Positions 1-9,586 of a DNA stretch of 64,000 bases are shown in pieces; the stretch's first letter is position 1; every line of letters starts with the position of its first letter. Position numbers and translations under genes: made by a program. Where the stretch lies: positions 800,001 to 864,000 of the forward strand of contig CM000435.1 of NCBI GenBank assembly GCA_000165345.1, in the 5' to 3' direction. The notes beneath the pieces are model-generated. The model was not told the DNA's origin. It worked only from the letters and a program-made list of their open reading frames with translations, and did no database searches.

Positions 1-923
1 AAAGGAGAATAACAAGAGCTCCAAATCCTCCAAAACCCTCTTGCAAGAAGCATTGTACGATATCTTCTTTGAAGAAGTTCGAAAAAGCGGTTTATATTCA
101 TTGATCCTGAAGTCTCATGTATACCTTGGTCATTTGTAAATGAACTCGAATTTGGAGCCCCATCAGATATTTGATGCGACGATCTATTGGTTGTTAGTCT
201 CCATGTAATGAATGCCAACAGCTTTCGCCTCTGGAATGCTGAGTGCATACAGTGAATTAAACTCCATAGATGCCTTGTTACGAGTTCGACATTTAGCGCA
301 ATACAACTACTTGTTTCAGACTCTGAATCTGATTCTGTTTCTAGTTCGCTGTTCGAAACGCTATCAGCTTCATTTTCTCTAATCGGTTCATTGTTGGATC
401 CTGATCTGGGTTGTGTTTGGCTTCTTCTCTTTGACGGCTTGTTTACTATCTTTTCTAATTTTGTTGCCTTATAGTTTTGAGCTAGCTCAAGTTGCAAATT
501 TTTGATTTGCGAAGATAACCTTTCATTTTCTGCTAGTAGAAGCAATTGTTCCTGACGAAATAGGCGAAGTTGGGTTTCATTATAGTGGTATTGCGCAGAC
601 CTATCCTCACCAATCTTTTTTGCGTATGCAATATCTCCGAATGCAAATTTATATAGACTCCTAAATGCCCACCTTAAATTTGATGTGTTAACGGAGTTAG
701 AACTCGTCATTCCAGATAAGATTTCGAGAGCCCTTCCCTTGCAAAGTGCTACATGAGTTAGTGCTCTTGCGGCAGATAATGGAATAGTTTCTTCATGCAA
801 TCTTTTCACTTCACTTTCAAGCTCTGCCTCTGCAGAAATGCGTTTTTGCAGCTCATCCTGTAGTTGCTTGACATTTTGTCTTAGCTTTTTAAATTCAGCA
901 TACTCTTCATTCCTTGTGTCCAT
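1..923 (-). CDS. Partial CDS (5' part only). The ATG is the complement of 921-923 and the frame stays open to the window edge. The product is coiled-coil-like, beginning MDTRNEEYAEFKKLRQNVKQLQDELQKRISAEAELESEVKRLHEE; function unknown.
   Basis: I translated the reverse strand by hand from 923 towards 1 and found no stop in the portion checked. Heptad-like charged/hydrophobic periodicity is present. The ORF is missing from the track, presumably because it runs off the window edge. Confidence 0.4.
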   Translation of the reverse strand, partial: MDTRNEEYAEFKKLRQNVKQLQDELQKRISAEAELESEVKRLHEETIPLSAARALTHVALCKGRALEILSGMTSSNSVNTSNLRWAFRSLYKFAFGDIAYAKKIGEDRSAQYHYNETQLRLFRQEQLLLLAENERLSSQIKNLQLELAQNYKATKLEKIVNKPSKRRSQTQPRSGSNNEPIRENEADSVSNSELETESDSESETSSCIALNVELVTRHLWSLIHCMHSAFQRRKLLAFITWRLTTNRSSHQISDGAPNSSSFTNDQGIHETSGSMNINRFFELLQRRYRTMLLARGFWRIWSSCYSP

Positions 924-1009
924 TTTACCAAGAGTATTCACACTTCATTTTATTTGTTTACCGTTACCCTGAAAGTTATATAAAATTATAATTTAATCCA
1001 CATAATTAT

Positions 1010-1016
1010 GCGCGCC
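1010..1016. promoter_or_regulatory. GC-core motif TGCGCGCC (1009-1016) in the divergent promoter between the 1..923(-) gene and the 1272(+) gene. A second copy of the class, TGGCGCGG, lies at 1230-1237.
   Basis: Isolated G/C octamers in otherwise >75% AT spacer. The identical octamer TGCGCGCC recurs at 22529-22536 upstream of GRP94. Confidence 0.35.
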
Positions 1017-1271
1017 AGCAATATTTAGTTCCAAACATAAACCATAAGAATTCTATATATCATACGACACTATTACTATAGTTATACCCTGATAAATAAT
1101 ATTCGCCTATTTTGTTCCGAATTACATAGAATTATTCATCTGCACCCTCATTGATAATAAGTGTCTCATCATTAAGCCTTTTATTTAGAATCTTTATGTT
1201 TATCTCTTTTATAGGTTAAAAAAAAATTATGGCGCGGATGTCAATTTTGAAATTATTTTCTCTCTTTTTCA

Positions 1272-2720
1272 ATGGGTAAAAGAAACAATAAAAACGTAGT
1301 AAAACTCAGACTTCTTTCATCAGCGAATGGAGTAGATGGGTCATCTCCAAGATGGGCTCCTGTTTCTAATCGAGAGTTTACTCATGATGAAAAACAAGGA
1401 ATAAGAAAAATAATTGGAAATGTATATTTCCATGATGAACTTAACGATATAAATTTTGAACTAAAAAATCTTGAGAGTAAAACATCTGTACAAAAAAATA
1501 AAATAAATAACGACTTTAACACGGATGTTTTTAAAGATAACTACTTCCCGGATGATGGGTATGATTATGAACAACATCTTTGTACAATTAAAAAAGATGG
1601 TAATTACATGAATTCAACTCTTAAACATAAAACAAATCTTGACCCAAAGTCGTTATTGTTTAACTCAACTTCAATACTCTCTAATTCAGAGATAGAAATT
1701 CATAAAGGCGATTTTTTATCTGAGTTAGTTGAACTTGTAAATTGCTTAGAAGAGCCGGATGATTTTGAAGAACTTAATGATGATTTTATATTGGACATGA
1801 CTGGTCTAAAGAATAAGTGCGAACTTGATAAGAATATTGACATGAATGATATACTATGGGGAGGAGGAAAATTAAATTCAAGCCTCAAAGATGATATCCA
1901 AAGATTAAATAGTGAATTTAATCAATCAGAATTGATAACTCAAAACTTCGATAGTTCGTCTGTTTTTTCCGAAGAAAATTACAATAATGAAAACGATAAT
2001 GACTCACTTGAAAATTTATTAAATGAATACAATGATAATATCGCTGTCTTGGATGAAGATACAAACGAATCTAGTTTAATTGAATTTAATAAAAAGTTGG
2101 ATGTTTCGGAATATGAACATATTTTGGATAGATATATTAATCAAGTTAAAATTAGAAATTCTGCTAAGAGCAAACCGGAGAAAAGTTACGGTGAGATTGG
2201 TATGCCACTTGATAAAGCCCAAGTAGAAAAAATTATCTCTATATTAGAAAGTACTGAAATCTATGATAATTCATCTGAAGCTACACTTTCTGATATTTCA
2301 GACTTTGAGAGCATTGAAAAAATAAGTGAGAGTTTTTCCCAAGCTAGTTTTGAAGTCATTAATAAGCCAAAAAAAGTAGATATATTAAGCTATTATTCAA
2401 GTTTAAACTCGAAAGGCCAAACAAATTGCCCAACGCCAACTCGACAAAATTTTTTTTTTGAGAACGAAGAGTACAGCCATAATCAACACAACAATTTAAG
2501 AGCACCAATTGTTGCATCTCTGCCCTTAAGAAAAAAAGATGAAACTCCTGAGGATCGAAGGAACAGGAAACAAGCAGTGAAACAAGCTAAGAGAGAAATG
2601 CGTGATTTAAAAAGAAAAAATAAGCAGGATACCAAAAACATAAAGAAGTCAGTTGTTAGAAACCTTATAAATTCAAATAACAATGATATTAAAAGTGGTG
2701 TTAGGTATTTCAGGTTTTAG
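1272..2720 (+). CDS. Hypothetical acidic, Asn/Asp/Glu-rich low-complexity protein with a strongly basic C-terminal tail (RKKDETPEDRRNRKQAVKQAKREMRDLKRKNKQ), which looks like a nuclear localisation signal.
   Basis: 482-codon ORF in AT-rich DNA. I recognise no conserved domain. Confidence 0.45.
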   Translation: MGKRNNKNVVKLRLLSSANGVDGSSPRWAPVSNREFTHDEKQGIRKIIGNVYFHDELNDINFELKNLESKTSVQKNKINNDFNTDVFKDNYFPDDGYDYEQHLCTIKKDGNYMNSTLKHKTNLDPKSLLFNSTSILSNSEIEIHKGDFLSELVELVNCLEEPDDFEELNDDFILDMTGLKNKCELDKNIDMNDILWGGGKLNSSLKDDIQRLNSEFNQSELITQNFDSSSVFSEENYNNENDNDSLENLLNEYNDNIAVLDEDTNESSLIEFNKKLDVSEYEHILDRYINQVKIRNSAKSKPEKSYGEIGMPLDKAQVEKIISILESTEIYDNSSEATLSDISDFESIEKISESFSQASFEVINKPKKVDILSYYSSLNSKGQTNCPTPTRQNFFFENEEYSHNQHNNLRAPIVASLPLRKKDETPEDRRNRKQAVKQAKREMRDLKRKNKQDTKNIKKSVVRNLINSNNNDIKSGVRYFRF

Positions 2721-2803
2721 GTATTTGAAATATTAGGAATTCTCCCTCTTTTTTTTTTATACTGAACGCGCTGTTTATTATTATTTTTCTATTCAAATTA
2801 AAA

Positions 2804-3400
2804 ATGAAAATAAGCTTTCGCTGGATTTTGTTGAGCTTGATTGTAGCAATGGATATATATTGCCAGTCTGTGCTCATTGGCTGTCAAATTGAAAATAATG
2901 TATCGAATTATAACAACAGTAATTATTTGCTGGGCGCAAGTGGGAACATAAAGGATTGCATTCCAAACCACCCTTACATGCGATCATTTTTCCAGATTAA
3001 TATAATTAAAAATAGCTTAGACTTAGAAAGCTTCGGAAGATCATTATATGTGTCGTTTGAATCCTCAAATGAGATTAGTTATTTTTTAATGGTTTCAGCT
3101 GGGATGTTTGCTGTTGCGGAAAGAATTTTACTAACGTTTTTTATTTTACGAATAATTATCAGACTATTTGTAACTCCAATAATAAAGACGCTATCTACAG
3201 TATTAATTATCATTGTTATATTAAGAGTAATGTTTGCTATTTATAACCTTTCAGAAAGCTACAGACTATATGAGACTACAGTTATTCTTTGGAATTCATT
3301 GCAAAGTTTATTTTTCTTAATAGACAACAAAATATATAATTACGGTGATTATCTACTGCAATACTTTGGAATGAGTACTAATCAAACACTAGCTTTTTGA
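2804..3400 (+). CDS. Small predicted membrane protein with an N-terminal hydrophobic signal/anchor and 2-3 further hydrophobic segments (for example LLTFFILRIIIRLFVTPIIKTLSTVLIIIVILRVMFAIY).
   Basis: 198-codon ORF occupying a spacer between two convergent genes, with hydrophobic-segment periodicity. I see no homology. Confidence 0.3.
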   Translation: MKISFRWILLSLIVAMDIYCQSVLIGCQIENNVSNYNNSNYLLGASGNIKDCIPNHPYMRSFFQINIIKNSLDLESFGRSLYVSFESSNEISYFLMVSAGMFAVAERILLTFFILRIIIRLFVTPIIKTLSTVLIIIVILRVMFAIYNLSESYRLYETTVILWNSLQSLFFLIDNKIYNYGDYLLQYFGMSTNQTLAF

Positions 3401-3420
3401 TACATAAAACTAGCAATATA

Positions 3421-5295
3421 CTATATTATTTGAGGAATATTTATTTTCGGTAGCACAAATAAAGAATGGCTTTCGCGTTCTGATTCAGAATTTAACAGTT
3501 CTAAGCAAGTTTTGTGATACCACCTCCCACGTACTAGTGTTGATTTAGACGTATATCTAAACTCATCTAAATCAAAATAATGTGTATTAACAGTGGATTC
3601 AGTAGAAACAGGCAATGCACAAACTCCGCATAAGGGGGTATTTGAGTGTATAATTGGATTTTTGCTGCTTTCAGTGCTTTCAATCGAAATTTTTTCCACA
3701 GTTTTATTTATATCCCCAGTAATAAATGAAGAGGCGGCATCTATACCGCATAATCTAGACTGTTGATAATTCACGAAGTCCCACTCAATAGAGTAATTAG
3801 AAGGATATCCAAGAGTGCCCTCAACAATTGCTCTCGTTGCATGCGTGAATGATGAAATACCTGAATTTGTTCCGGAAAAATTGTTAACTGGAATAAATCT
3901 TTTCCAAGAAACAGGGCTTGCAGTTGGAAGATCCAAAAGAATCAATATATCACGAATTCTACCAGTTATAATACAAAGTTTGTGTAACAAAGGATGCAAT
4001 GTCGCGCATGTACTCCAATATTCATCCAATGTATCAAACAAAGAAATTAAAAGCGAATTCCTTTCTCCATTGAAGTAATTAGAAGTCTCTTGATCTAGAT
4101 TGGATGGCCACTCAAATGCGTGGGATTCACTTTTTCGATTTAAAATATCACGTCTCAAAGCTTCCAACGTTGTACCATATTTGTGTTCTACTATATTTGA
4201 TAATTCTATTTTTGAAGAAGGAACTAAAATGGAAGCAATCGTAACAATTCTCCAACTTGCGTTAAGTAGTTCATAAAGATCTTCAAAAACTTTCAAGAAA
4301 TTGGGATGTATAAGTTTACCTTTAACATATTTTCCAAAAGTAGTCAAACTTACACTATCATCTATTAATTTAGTAAATTGCCCCAGAATGTACAGTTTAT
4401 TTGAGAGACTAATAATCAAATTGTTTATCAATGGCAATAATCCATTTAGGAACTTTCTAGTGTTCCCAACTGAAATTGATAGAATAGAGTTACACCAAAT
4501 TGTTCCCATTCTTTGTAGCCTGGTTAATTTAATAATGTATTTACCAACTGTTGGTAGTAACCTCTTAATTGCCTTAAGGGAATTCAATTTCTCCTTATTA
4601 TCGCTTAATTTTTTAATAATTTGAAATTTGTATCCAACTGCTTGTCCAAACTTAGTTTCAATTGTATAGGTATTTTTTATTTTGTCCAAAAGATTCTGTA
4701 GTTTAGCTTCATATTTCACAGATGGTTCTACTACAACTTGTTGAAGAAATGCAAACGCAAATGCATGCCCAACACACTGATTTACATCAGGAACAACCAT
4801 AATTGATTTTTCCATTCGATTTAATAACCTTTCAGACCAAGAAAGGCAGCCAACATAGTTTGTCTGTATCCAATCCCTAGTTTGGATTTTTGTTTCCACT
4901 ATTTCTCCCAACCAATGTAAATGCTTTGAAAATTTATTGTTATCCCAATGAGATTGTCTTGCATCTTGAAAGCGTAAATGTTGAACTTTTTCTGAAAGAC
5001 TATCAAATTCATTGAGTTGTTTAATCAAGTTTTTCCTTTTTTCACTTGTATCCACAAAACTAACTCCCTTATTATGGCCATATTGAACGTTTCCCTCTGA
5101 ATTTTCAATAAATTGATCAAGAGTAGTAATAAGATGATTGTAGCAATACCAAGAGTATGAATAAAGCTGAGATTTGCAAAGTTTCGTCATAATATAAATA
5201 ACTTGTAGTATTTCCTCAATCGAGCTATCCGGAATTCCCCACTCAGTTGGGTTTTGGACGGAAGAGCAGCTGTATACTTCTGTAAAATTTTGCAT
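3421..5295 (-). CDS. Hypothetical 624-aa protein with a C-terminal Cys/His cluster (PLCGVCALPV...HYFDLDEF...RWYHKTCLELL) that may bind zinc.
   Basis: Long uninterrupted ORF. The Cys/His spacing near the C-terminus is visible in the translation. I cannot assign a family. Confidence 0.5.
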   Translation of the reverse strand: MQNFTEVYSCSSVQNPTEWGIPDSSIEEILQVIYIMTKLCKSQLYSYSWYCYNHLITTLDQFIENSEGNVQYGHNKGVSFVDTSEKRKNLIKQLNEFDSLSEKVQHLRFQDARQSHWDNNKFSKHLHWLGEIVETKIQTRDWIQTNYVGCLSWSERLLNRMEKSIMVVPDVNQCVGHAFAFAFLQQVVVEPSVKYEAKLQNLLDKIKNTYTIETKFGQAVGYKFQIIKKLSDNKEKLNSLKAIKRLLPTVGKYIIKLTRLQRMGTIWCNSILSISVGNTRKFLNGLLPLINNLIISLSNKLYILGQFTKLIDDSVSLTTFGKYVKGKLIHPNFLKVFEDLYELLNASWRIVTIASILVPSSKIELSNIVEHKYGTTLEALRRDILNRKSESHAFEWPSNLDQETSNYFNGERNSLLISLFDTLDEYWSTCATLHPLLHKLCIITGRIRDILILLDLPTASPVSWKRFIPVNNFSGTNSGISSFTHATRAIVEGTLGYPSNYSIEWDFVNYQQSRLCGIDAASSFITGDINKTVEKISIESTESSKNPIIHSNTPLCGVCALPVSTESTVNTHYFDLDEFRYTSKSTLVRGRWYHKTCLELLNSESERESHSLFVLPKINIPQII

Positions 5296-5407
5296 TTAAT
5301 TTACGCAATTTTGACTTAATCTAACATCGTAGATAAGCGAGATGAAAATATTTATTTCTCGAGAATTTATTTGTGCGCCATAATTCTAATTTATTACATG
5401 CGAAATT

Positions 5408-5790
5408 ATGAGAATAGTGTTATTCGCATTTTTAATAGTACATTTTATACTTAAGACTTTTGCAGCAAAATCTTGCGAAGAACTCACATCTAATACATTT
5501 GTATTAAATTATTGCAAAAATGGATCAAAATGCACGATTGATAATATTGGTGGAGAAGGAATTAATAATCAGCTAAATTGCGAATGTTTGGTTGGATATA
5601 GCCTATCTGACTGTTCTCTTCGTAAGTTTAAATAAAATAATAATTGGAAATGGCTAATTTGCTGATAGAAATCCCTGAAACTGATGATAAAGATGATAAT
5701 ACTACAAAAAATACATGTTGGATACAGGACTTATTACAATTGAATCAAGAATTCAACAACTTTTCAATATTCAAACATATCTTTCAGTAA
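5408..5790 (+). CDS. Small secreted EGF-domain protein, proposed as two exons (5408..5621 and 5669..5790) with a 47-nt intron at 5622..5668. The unspliced read-through gives the 75-aa ORF 5408..5635.
   Basis: An N-terminal signal peptide (MRIVLFAFLIVHFILKTFAA) is followed by a canonical six-cysteine EGF spacing, C-x13-C-x5-C-x15-C-x-C-x8-C with CECLVGYSLSDC. The 5' site GTAAGTTT lies at 5622 and the acceptor TGATAG at 5663-5668. Exon 2 then stays open for 40 codons. Confidence 0.35.
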
Positions 5791-5824
5791 ATTATAAACA
5801 TAAACATTAAGTTGAAAACATTAA

Positions 5825-7786
5825 CTAATTTTCAAACTTAGTTTGGCTATTTTCGAATTTACTAACTAAATTAATATAAGTTTTAATTTGATCAGCCCTT
5901 TCTCTTGCCATCATAAATGCCCTCCTTGATAAATCCTTTCCATCAGAAATCCTCCCCATTTCTTCTTTCATAATCAAATTCAACCAATATGCCTTTGTGC
6001 GCATGAAAAATTCGCGTATTGATTCATTAACAAATGGGGTTTTGTTTGAATCATCTAATTGATATTTTTTTATAACGTCTTCAATAGCTTTTCTAGATAA
6101 TTCGTTTTGTTCGTTCTCGCTTAACTCGTATTCCTGTTCACTAAAATCGCTTTCTTCCCCTAAATAACAACTTTCATTCGATGAGCTAAAATATTCTGAA
6201 GATATATTACTCTCTGTGTCAGAGTCGGAATCAACCCATTCCTGTGATTTTACACTTAATGGGAGCACACATACCCACTCGTCTTTTTTCAAAATGTTAA
6301 AACACCAACAATCGTCTAATGTAATATTCCTTTTACCTGATTCAAATAATCCGCCATAAATATAAATAACATTTCCTCTCAAAAACATTCCACAATTAAT
6401 TCGTGGAAGTGGCAAGTCAATTGATTCATTTTCAAATTTTATTTCAGAATTACTTACTTTTCTTTCTCCTAACTCATCATTGGGCAGGTTACTATTTAAA
6501 GAGTTTTGCTGTTCTAAACCAAACTTTGATAATTTTCCTTTAACTCTTAAATGCTTATCAGATGAATCAATATCCTTTGTATTATTTATATTTCTTGCCT
6601 CATCTTTCTTGTGGGTGCTAATGTCTGCGAAATTTGAGTTTGCATTAGGCTGATTATCGCCAAAAAATTCCTGTTTAATTTTATGTTTGGAAAGCTCAAT
6701 TTCGTACCACCTTTTATTATTCACTTCAAACACATATAAATCATTATAAAAGGTAGAATTGAGATTCAACCCGAGCTCATCATCATGATCAAATACACCA
6801 CCAAAGATTATGCATTGATTTTTATATCCAATAATCGTGGAACCAGATCTTGCAGATGGCGGATTCCCTTTCTTGGATACCCTTTCCCAGATTGGAAGTC
6901 CTTGATTTAAAAATGGCTTCATATCAATAAACCAACTATCAGAGTGAGTTTTCCCAACAGAATTTTTTGAGTTATCTTTAATTTTTGAATATCCTCCATA
7001 AATGAAAATGCGATCACTGTTTGGGCAGAGAACCATTTGAACGCCACTCCTTGGTGATGGGCAAGATTCATATTTCGATGAATCAATTCTGACCCAATGC
7101 AATGTTTTTGTATCAAAAACATGGATATCGTTAAAGTATCGTGTTTCTCTTATTGTATCATGGAATCCTCCAAAAACTACAAAGTAATGTCTCCAAACAA
7201 CCATTCTATGGCCACTCCTTGGAGTAGGGCTGAGCCCTGTAGTCTTAACTTCCTGCCATGAATAGTTCTTTAAATTAAGCCGCCATAAATCTCTAAAGTG
7301 GTAAAACTGATTTTCAGTAGAATACTCTCCACCATGAATATATAAGCACTCATTAAAGATAACTGCCTGGTGAGAACACCTGGGTTTAGGACCGCCAGAA
7401 TAATTGTTTGATGATTTCACATTACCTATTACAACTTGCCTCCATTCATCTTTATCAATATTCCATTTATATAGGTCATGAAAGCACTTAACCTCCTTTC
7501 CATCATAGTACTCACCGCCAAAAATAATTACTTCTCCAGATATTGGGTGAATATTGTATGAAGAAGAGATTCTTGGACTTGGCCTTTCTGATTGAATAAT
7601 ACTGCATTGAATCTCAAGATCATCACCTCCGGAATTTAGGTCAAAACCTTCCACAGTTTTAATTATATCATCTATACCATCTCGTTTAAGCTCTTTTAAG
7701 TGCTTATTCTGTGACTTACAAAGTTGTTTTTCCCTCTTCTCCGCTGCTTTTTTTAGCTTTACATCAGATTTTTTTTTTTTCACCAT
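5825..7786 (-). CDS. Kelch-repeat beta-propeller protein, KLHDC4-like. It has a Lys-rich N-terminus (MVKKKKSDVKLKKAAEKREKQ) and an acidic C-terminal tail.
   Basis: Repeated kelch blade signatures (IIFGGEYYDG, LYIHGGEYST, FVVFGGFHD, IFIYGGYSK, CIIFGGVFD, IYIYGGLFE) and a KLHDC4-like N-terminal basic segment. Confidence 0.6.
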   Translation of the reverse strand: MVKKKKSDVKLKKAAEKREKQLCKSQNKHLKELKRDGIDDIIKTVEGFDLNSGGDDLEIQCSIIQSERPSPRISSSYNIHPISGEVIIFGGEYYDGKEVKCFHDLYKWNIDKDEWRQVVIGNVKSSNNYSGGPKPRCSHQAVIFNECLYIHGGEYSTENQFYHFRDLWRLNLKNYSWQEVKTTGLSPTPRSGHRMVVWRHYFVVFGGFHDTIRETRYFNDIHVFDTKTLHWVRIDSSKYESCPSPRSGVQMVLCPNSDRIFIYGGYSKIKDNSKNSVGKTHSDSWFIDMKPFLNQGLPIWERVSKKGNPPSARSGSTIIGYKNQCIIFGGVFDHDDELGLNLNSTFYNDLYVFEVNNKRWYEIELSKHKIKQEFFGDNQPNANSNFADISTHKKDEARNINNTKDIDSSDKHLRVKGKLSKFGLEQQNSLNSNLPNDELGERKVSNSEIKFENESIDLPLPRINCGMFLRGNVIYIYGGLFESGKRNITLDDCWCFNILKKDEWVCVLPLSVKSQEWVDSDSDTESNISSEYFSSSNESCYLGEESDFSEQEYELSENEQNELSRKAIEDVIKKYQLDDSNKTPFVNESIREFFMRTKAYWLNLIMKEEMGRISDGKDLSRRAFMMARERADQIKTYINLVSKFENSQTKFEN

Positions 7787-7805
7787 TTTATCTAATCATA
7801 ATATT

Positions 7806-7813
7806 TTTGGCGC
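7806..7813. promoter_or_regulatory. TTTGGCGC-type E2F-like element (TTGGCGC at 7807-7813) in the divergent promoter between the kelch gene (start 7786, minus) and the 7892(+) gene.
   Basis: The sequence tttttggcgcta is the only G/C cluster in this 105-bp spacer. It is the reverse complement of GCGCCAA, which occurs at 12229-12235 and 36638-36644. Confidence 0.35.
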
Positions 7814-7891
7814 TACTATTTTTTTGTATAAAAAGGTAGATTTAGCGTAAATTCTAAGTCAAAAAATACAGGTACTCGAATTTTTCAAATA

Positions 7892-9547
7892 ATGGAGGAA
7901 ATTAATCTTTTTTTAAAATTTTTTGAAAATGGTCCAGTTAATTTACAAGAAATTAGCCATGAAAGCAGCAAAATGAAAAAAATAATTTTTTCTATTTTCA
8001 AAATTGTAATTACGGATTTAGATAAAAAGGCATTGATAGATGGTTTGATTAACAAATTTGAAATTGATAACTCTTCTCTCTGGAACTCATTTGAATTAAT
8101 TCTTAGACCTGAACTAAAAAAACTTAACTTTAATATTGAGAATATTGTCAAAAAGGTTGAATTTGAGCTATATAACTCAAACAGTATAACCTACTTAAAT
8201 AAAACTTTTAAGAAAGCTCTGCTATTTGGTGATAAAGAAAATATCACTAAAAAAAATTCAAAAAAATTTATAGATCAAACTAAAAGTAGTGAGCAAGCTT
8301 TAACTAATAATAAATCTTCAATTCAAGGCATTGAAAACATTGATTTTTTTGATTACGATGAAATGGTTAAATTTGTCGATGAAGGAGTTAAAAATCCGAA
8401 CTTCGAATACAGTGAAAGCGATATTTCTGACTTCAGTGATCCTAGTGGTGTTGATGATGCCTCTAATTTAAAATATGACGATTTTTTCTTAGATACGAAA
8501 AGTAATGATGAATCCGTTATTGAAAACTCTTTAAAAGATTACGAAATAGATGGTTTTAGTCCATCTGAGTCTGAAATAGTCTTGAACAAAAATAAATTAA
8601 GTGAAAATTTGATCAATATCACGCAATTTCCTAATACGAAATTAGATCATATGTCTAAATTAAGTCTAGATAAAAATAAAATGGATATGATAATAGATGA
8701 GTTTGAAGCAAACATTATTAAAGAGAAAGAATGGTATAAATTAGGTGAAACTTCAATAACAGATAGAGAAAAAAATAGCTTGCTTGACATACATTTAGAA
8801 GTACCTCAATTTTCAAGTGCAAATAATTCAGTAAAATATATTGATGGACTAAGTAATGAAATAATTTCAAATGACAAATCTAAAGTAGAAGATATTAATC
8901 CATATTTAGAGAGTATCGTTAGGCAAAGGATATTAAATGATTTGTTCGATGATGTGAAACCAAAAATCGAATTGCTAAAGGAATTTGATAGAGAAAATAA
9001 AAATGAAGGTACAGAAATACAGACCGAAAAGTCAAAACTAAGCTTAGCAGAAATTTACTCAAAAAAATATGAAGAACAAATAATTGGCAATATAAACGAC
9101 GAGCACTCTGATGAAAAAAAACAACTTTCAGAACTCTTTACTGAAATAATGCGTAAATTAGATAACCTGTCAAATCAGTATTATGCCACAAATTTACCAA
9201 TTCTTAGGGATTCTATTTTAAATGAAAACACTCCAGCGCTTAAGACTGAAGATTCTATTCCAGTAATTATTTCGAACAGCACAAGACTAGCCCCACAAGA
9301 AATAAAACCTCAAGGAAGACTTTTGAAAAGATCTGAAATGACGCGTCTGGAAAAAAGATCAGATCGTAATTCTATTAAAAGGAAGATAAAGAAAAGAAAA
9401 GAATTAGGCTCTGATTCGAAGATAGATGCGAAATTAAGCAGTAAAATAAAGGGCAAATCGCTAAATAAAAGAGGAAAATTAGTTATTGAGCCTCATGAGC
9501 ATGAGTCATTCAACAAACGCTTTAAATCACATCATTTTATTTCATAA
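7892..9547 (+). CDS. Acidic protein with a basic C-terminus. Tentatively Mpp10-like (U3 snoRNP / SSU processome), from the segments LSLAEIYSKKYEE and LFTEIMRKLDNLSNQYYATN. Otherwise hypothetical.
   Basis: 551-codon ORF. The family call rests only on my recollection of the Mpp10 LSLAE-IY and LDALSN motifs. The Lys/Arg-rich tail is typical of nucleolar proteins. Confidence 0.35.
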   Translation: MEEINLFLKFFENGPVNLQEISHESSKMKKIIFSIFKIVITDLDKKALIDGLINKFEIDNSSLWNSFELILRPELKKLNFNIENIVKKVEFELYNSNSITYLNKTFKKALLFGDKENITKKNSKKFIDQTKSSEQALTNNKSSIQGIENIDFFDYDEMVKFVDEGVKNPNFEYSESDISDFSDPSGVDDASNLKYDDFFLDTKSNDESVIENSLKDYEIDGFSPSESEIVLNKNKLSENLINITQFPNTKLDHMSKLSLDKNKMDMIIDEFEANIIKEKEWYKLGETSITDREKNSLLDIHLEVPQFSSANNSVKYIDGLSNEIISNDKSKVEDINPYLESIVRQRILNDLFDDVKPKIELLKEFDRENKNEGTEIQTEKSKLSLAEIYSKKYEEQIIGNINDEHSDEKKQLSELFTEIMRKLDNLSNQYYATNLPILRDSILNENTPALKTEDSIPVIISNSTRLAPQEIKPQGRLLKRSEMTRLEKRSDRNSIKRKIKKRKELGSDSKIDAKLSSKIKGKSLNKRGKLVIEPHEHESFNKRFKSHHFIS

Positions 9548-9586
9548 TCTAATAAATTATAGCAGATATAAATTTTAATTTTTCTT

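Noticed and set aside
1700-1888. Numerous 60-130 aa ORFs antisense to, or nested inside, long genes. Examples are 1700-1888(-), 2483-2683(-), 3815-4078(+), 4301-4624(+), 6919-7122(-), 14001-14183(-), 19064-20296(+) and 22732-23022(+). Many more lie inside the giant genes between 49628 and 55894 and inside 59218-63501.
   Set aside because: Each lies wholly within a much longer, well-supported ORF on the other strand or in another frame. They show low-complexity or hydrophobic composition typical of AT-rich antisense read-through, with no motifs.
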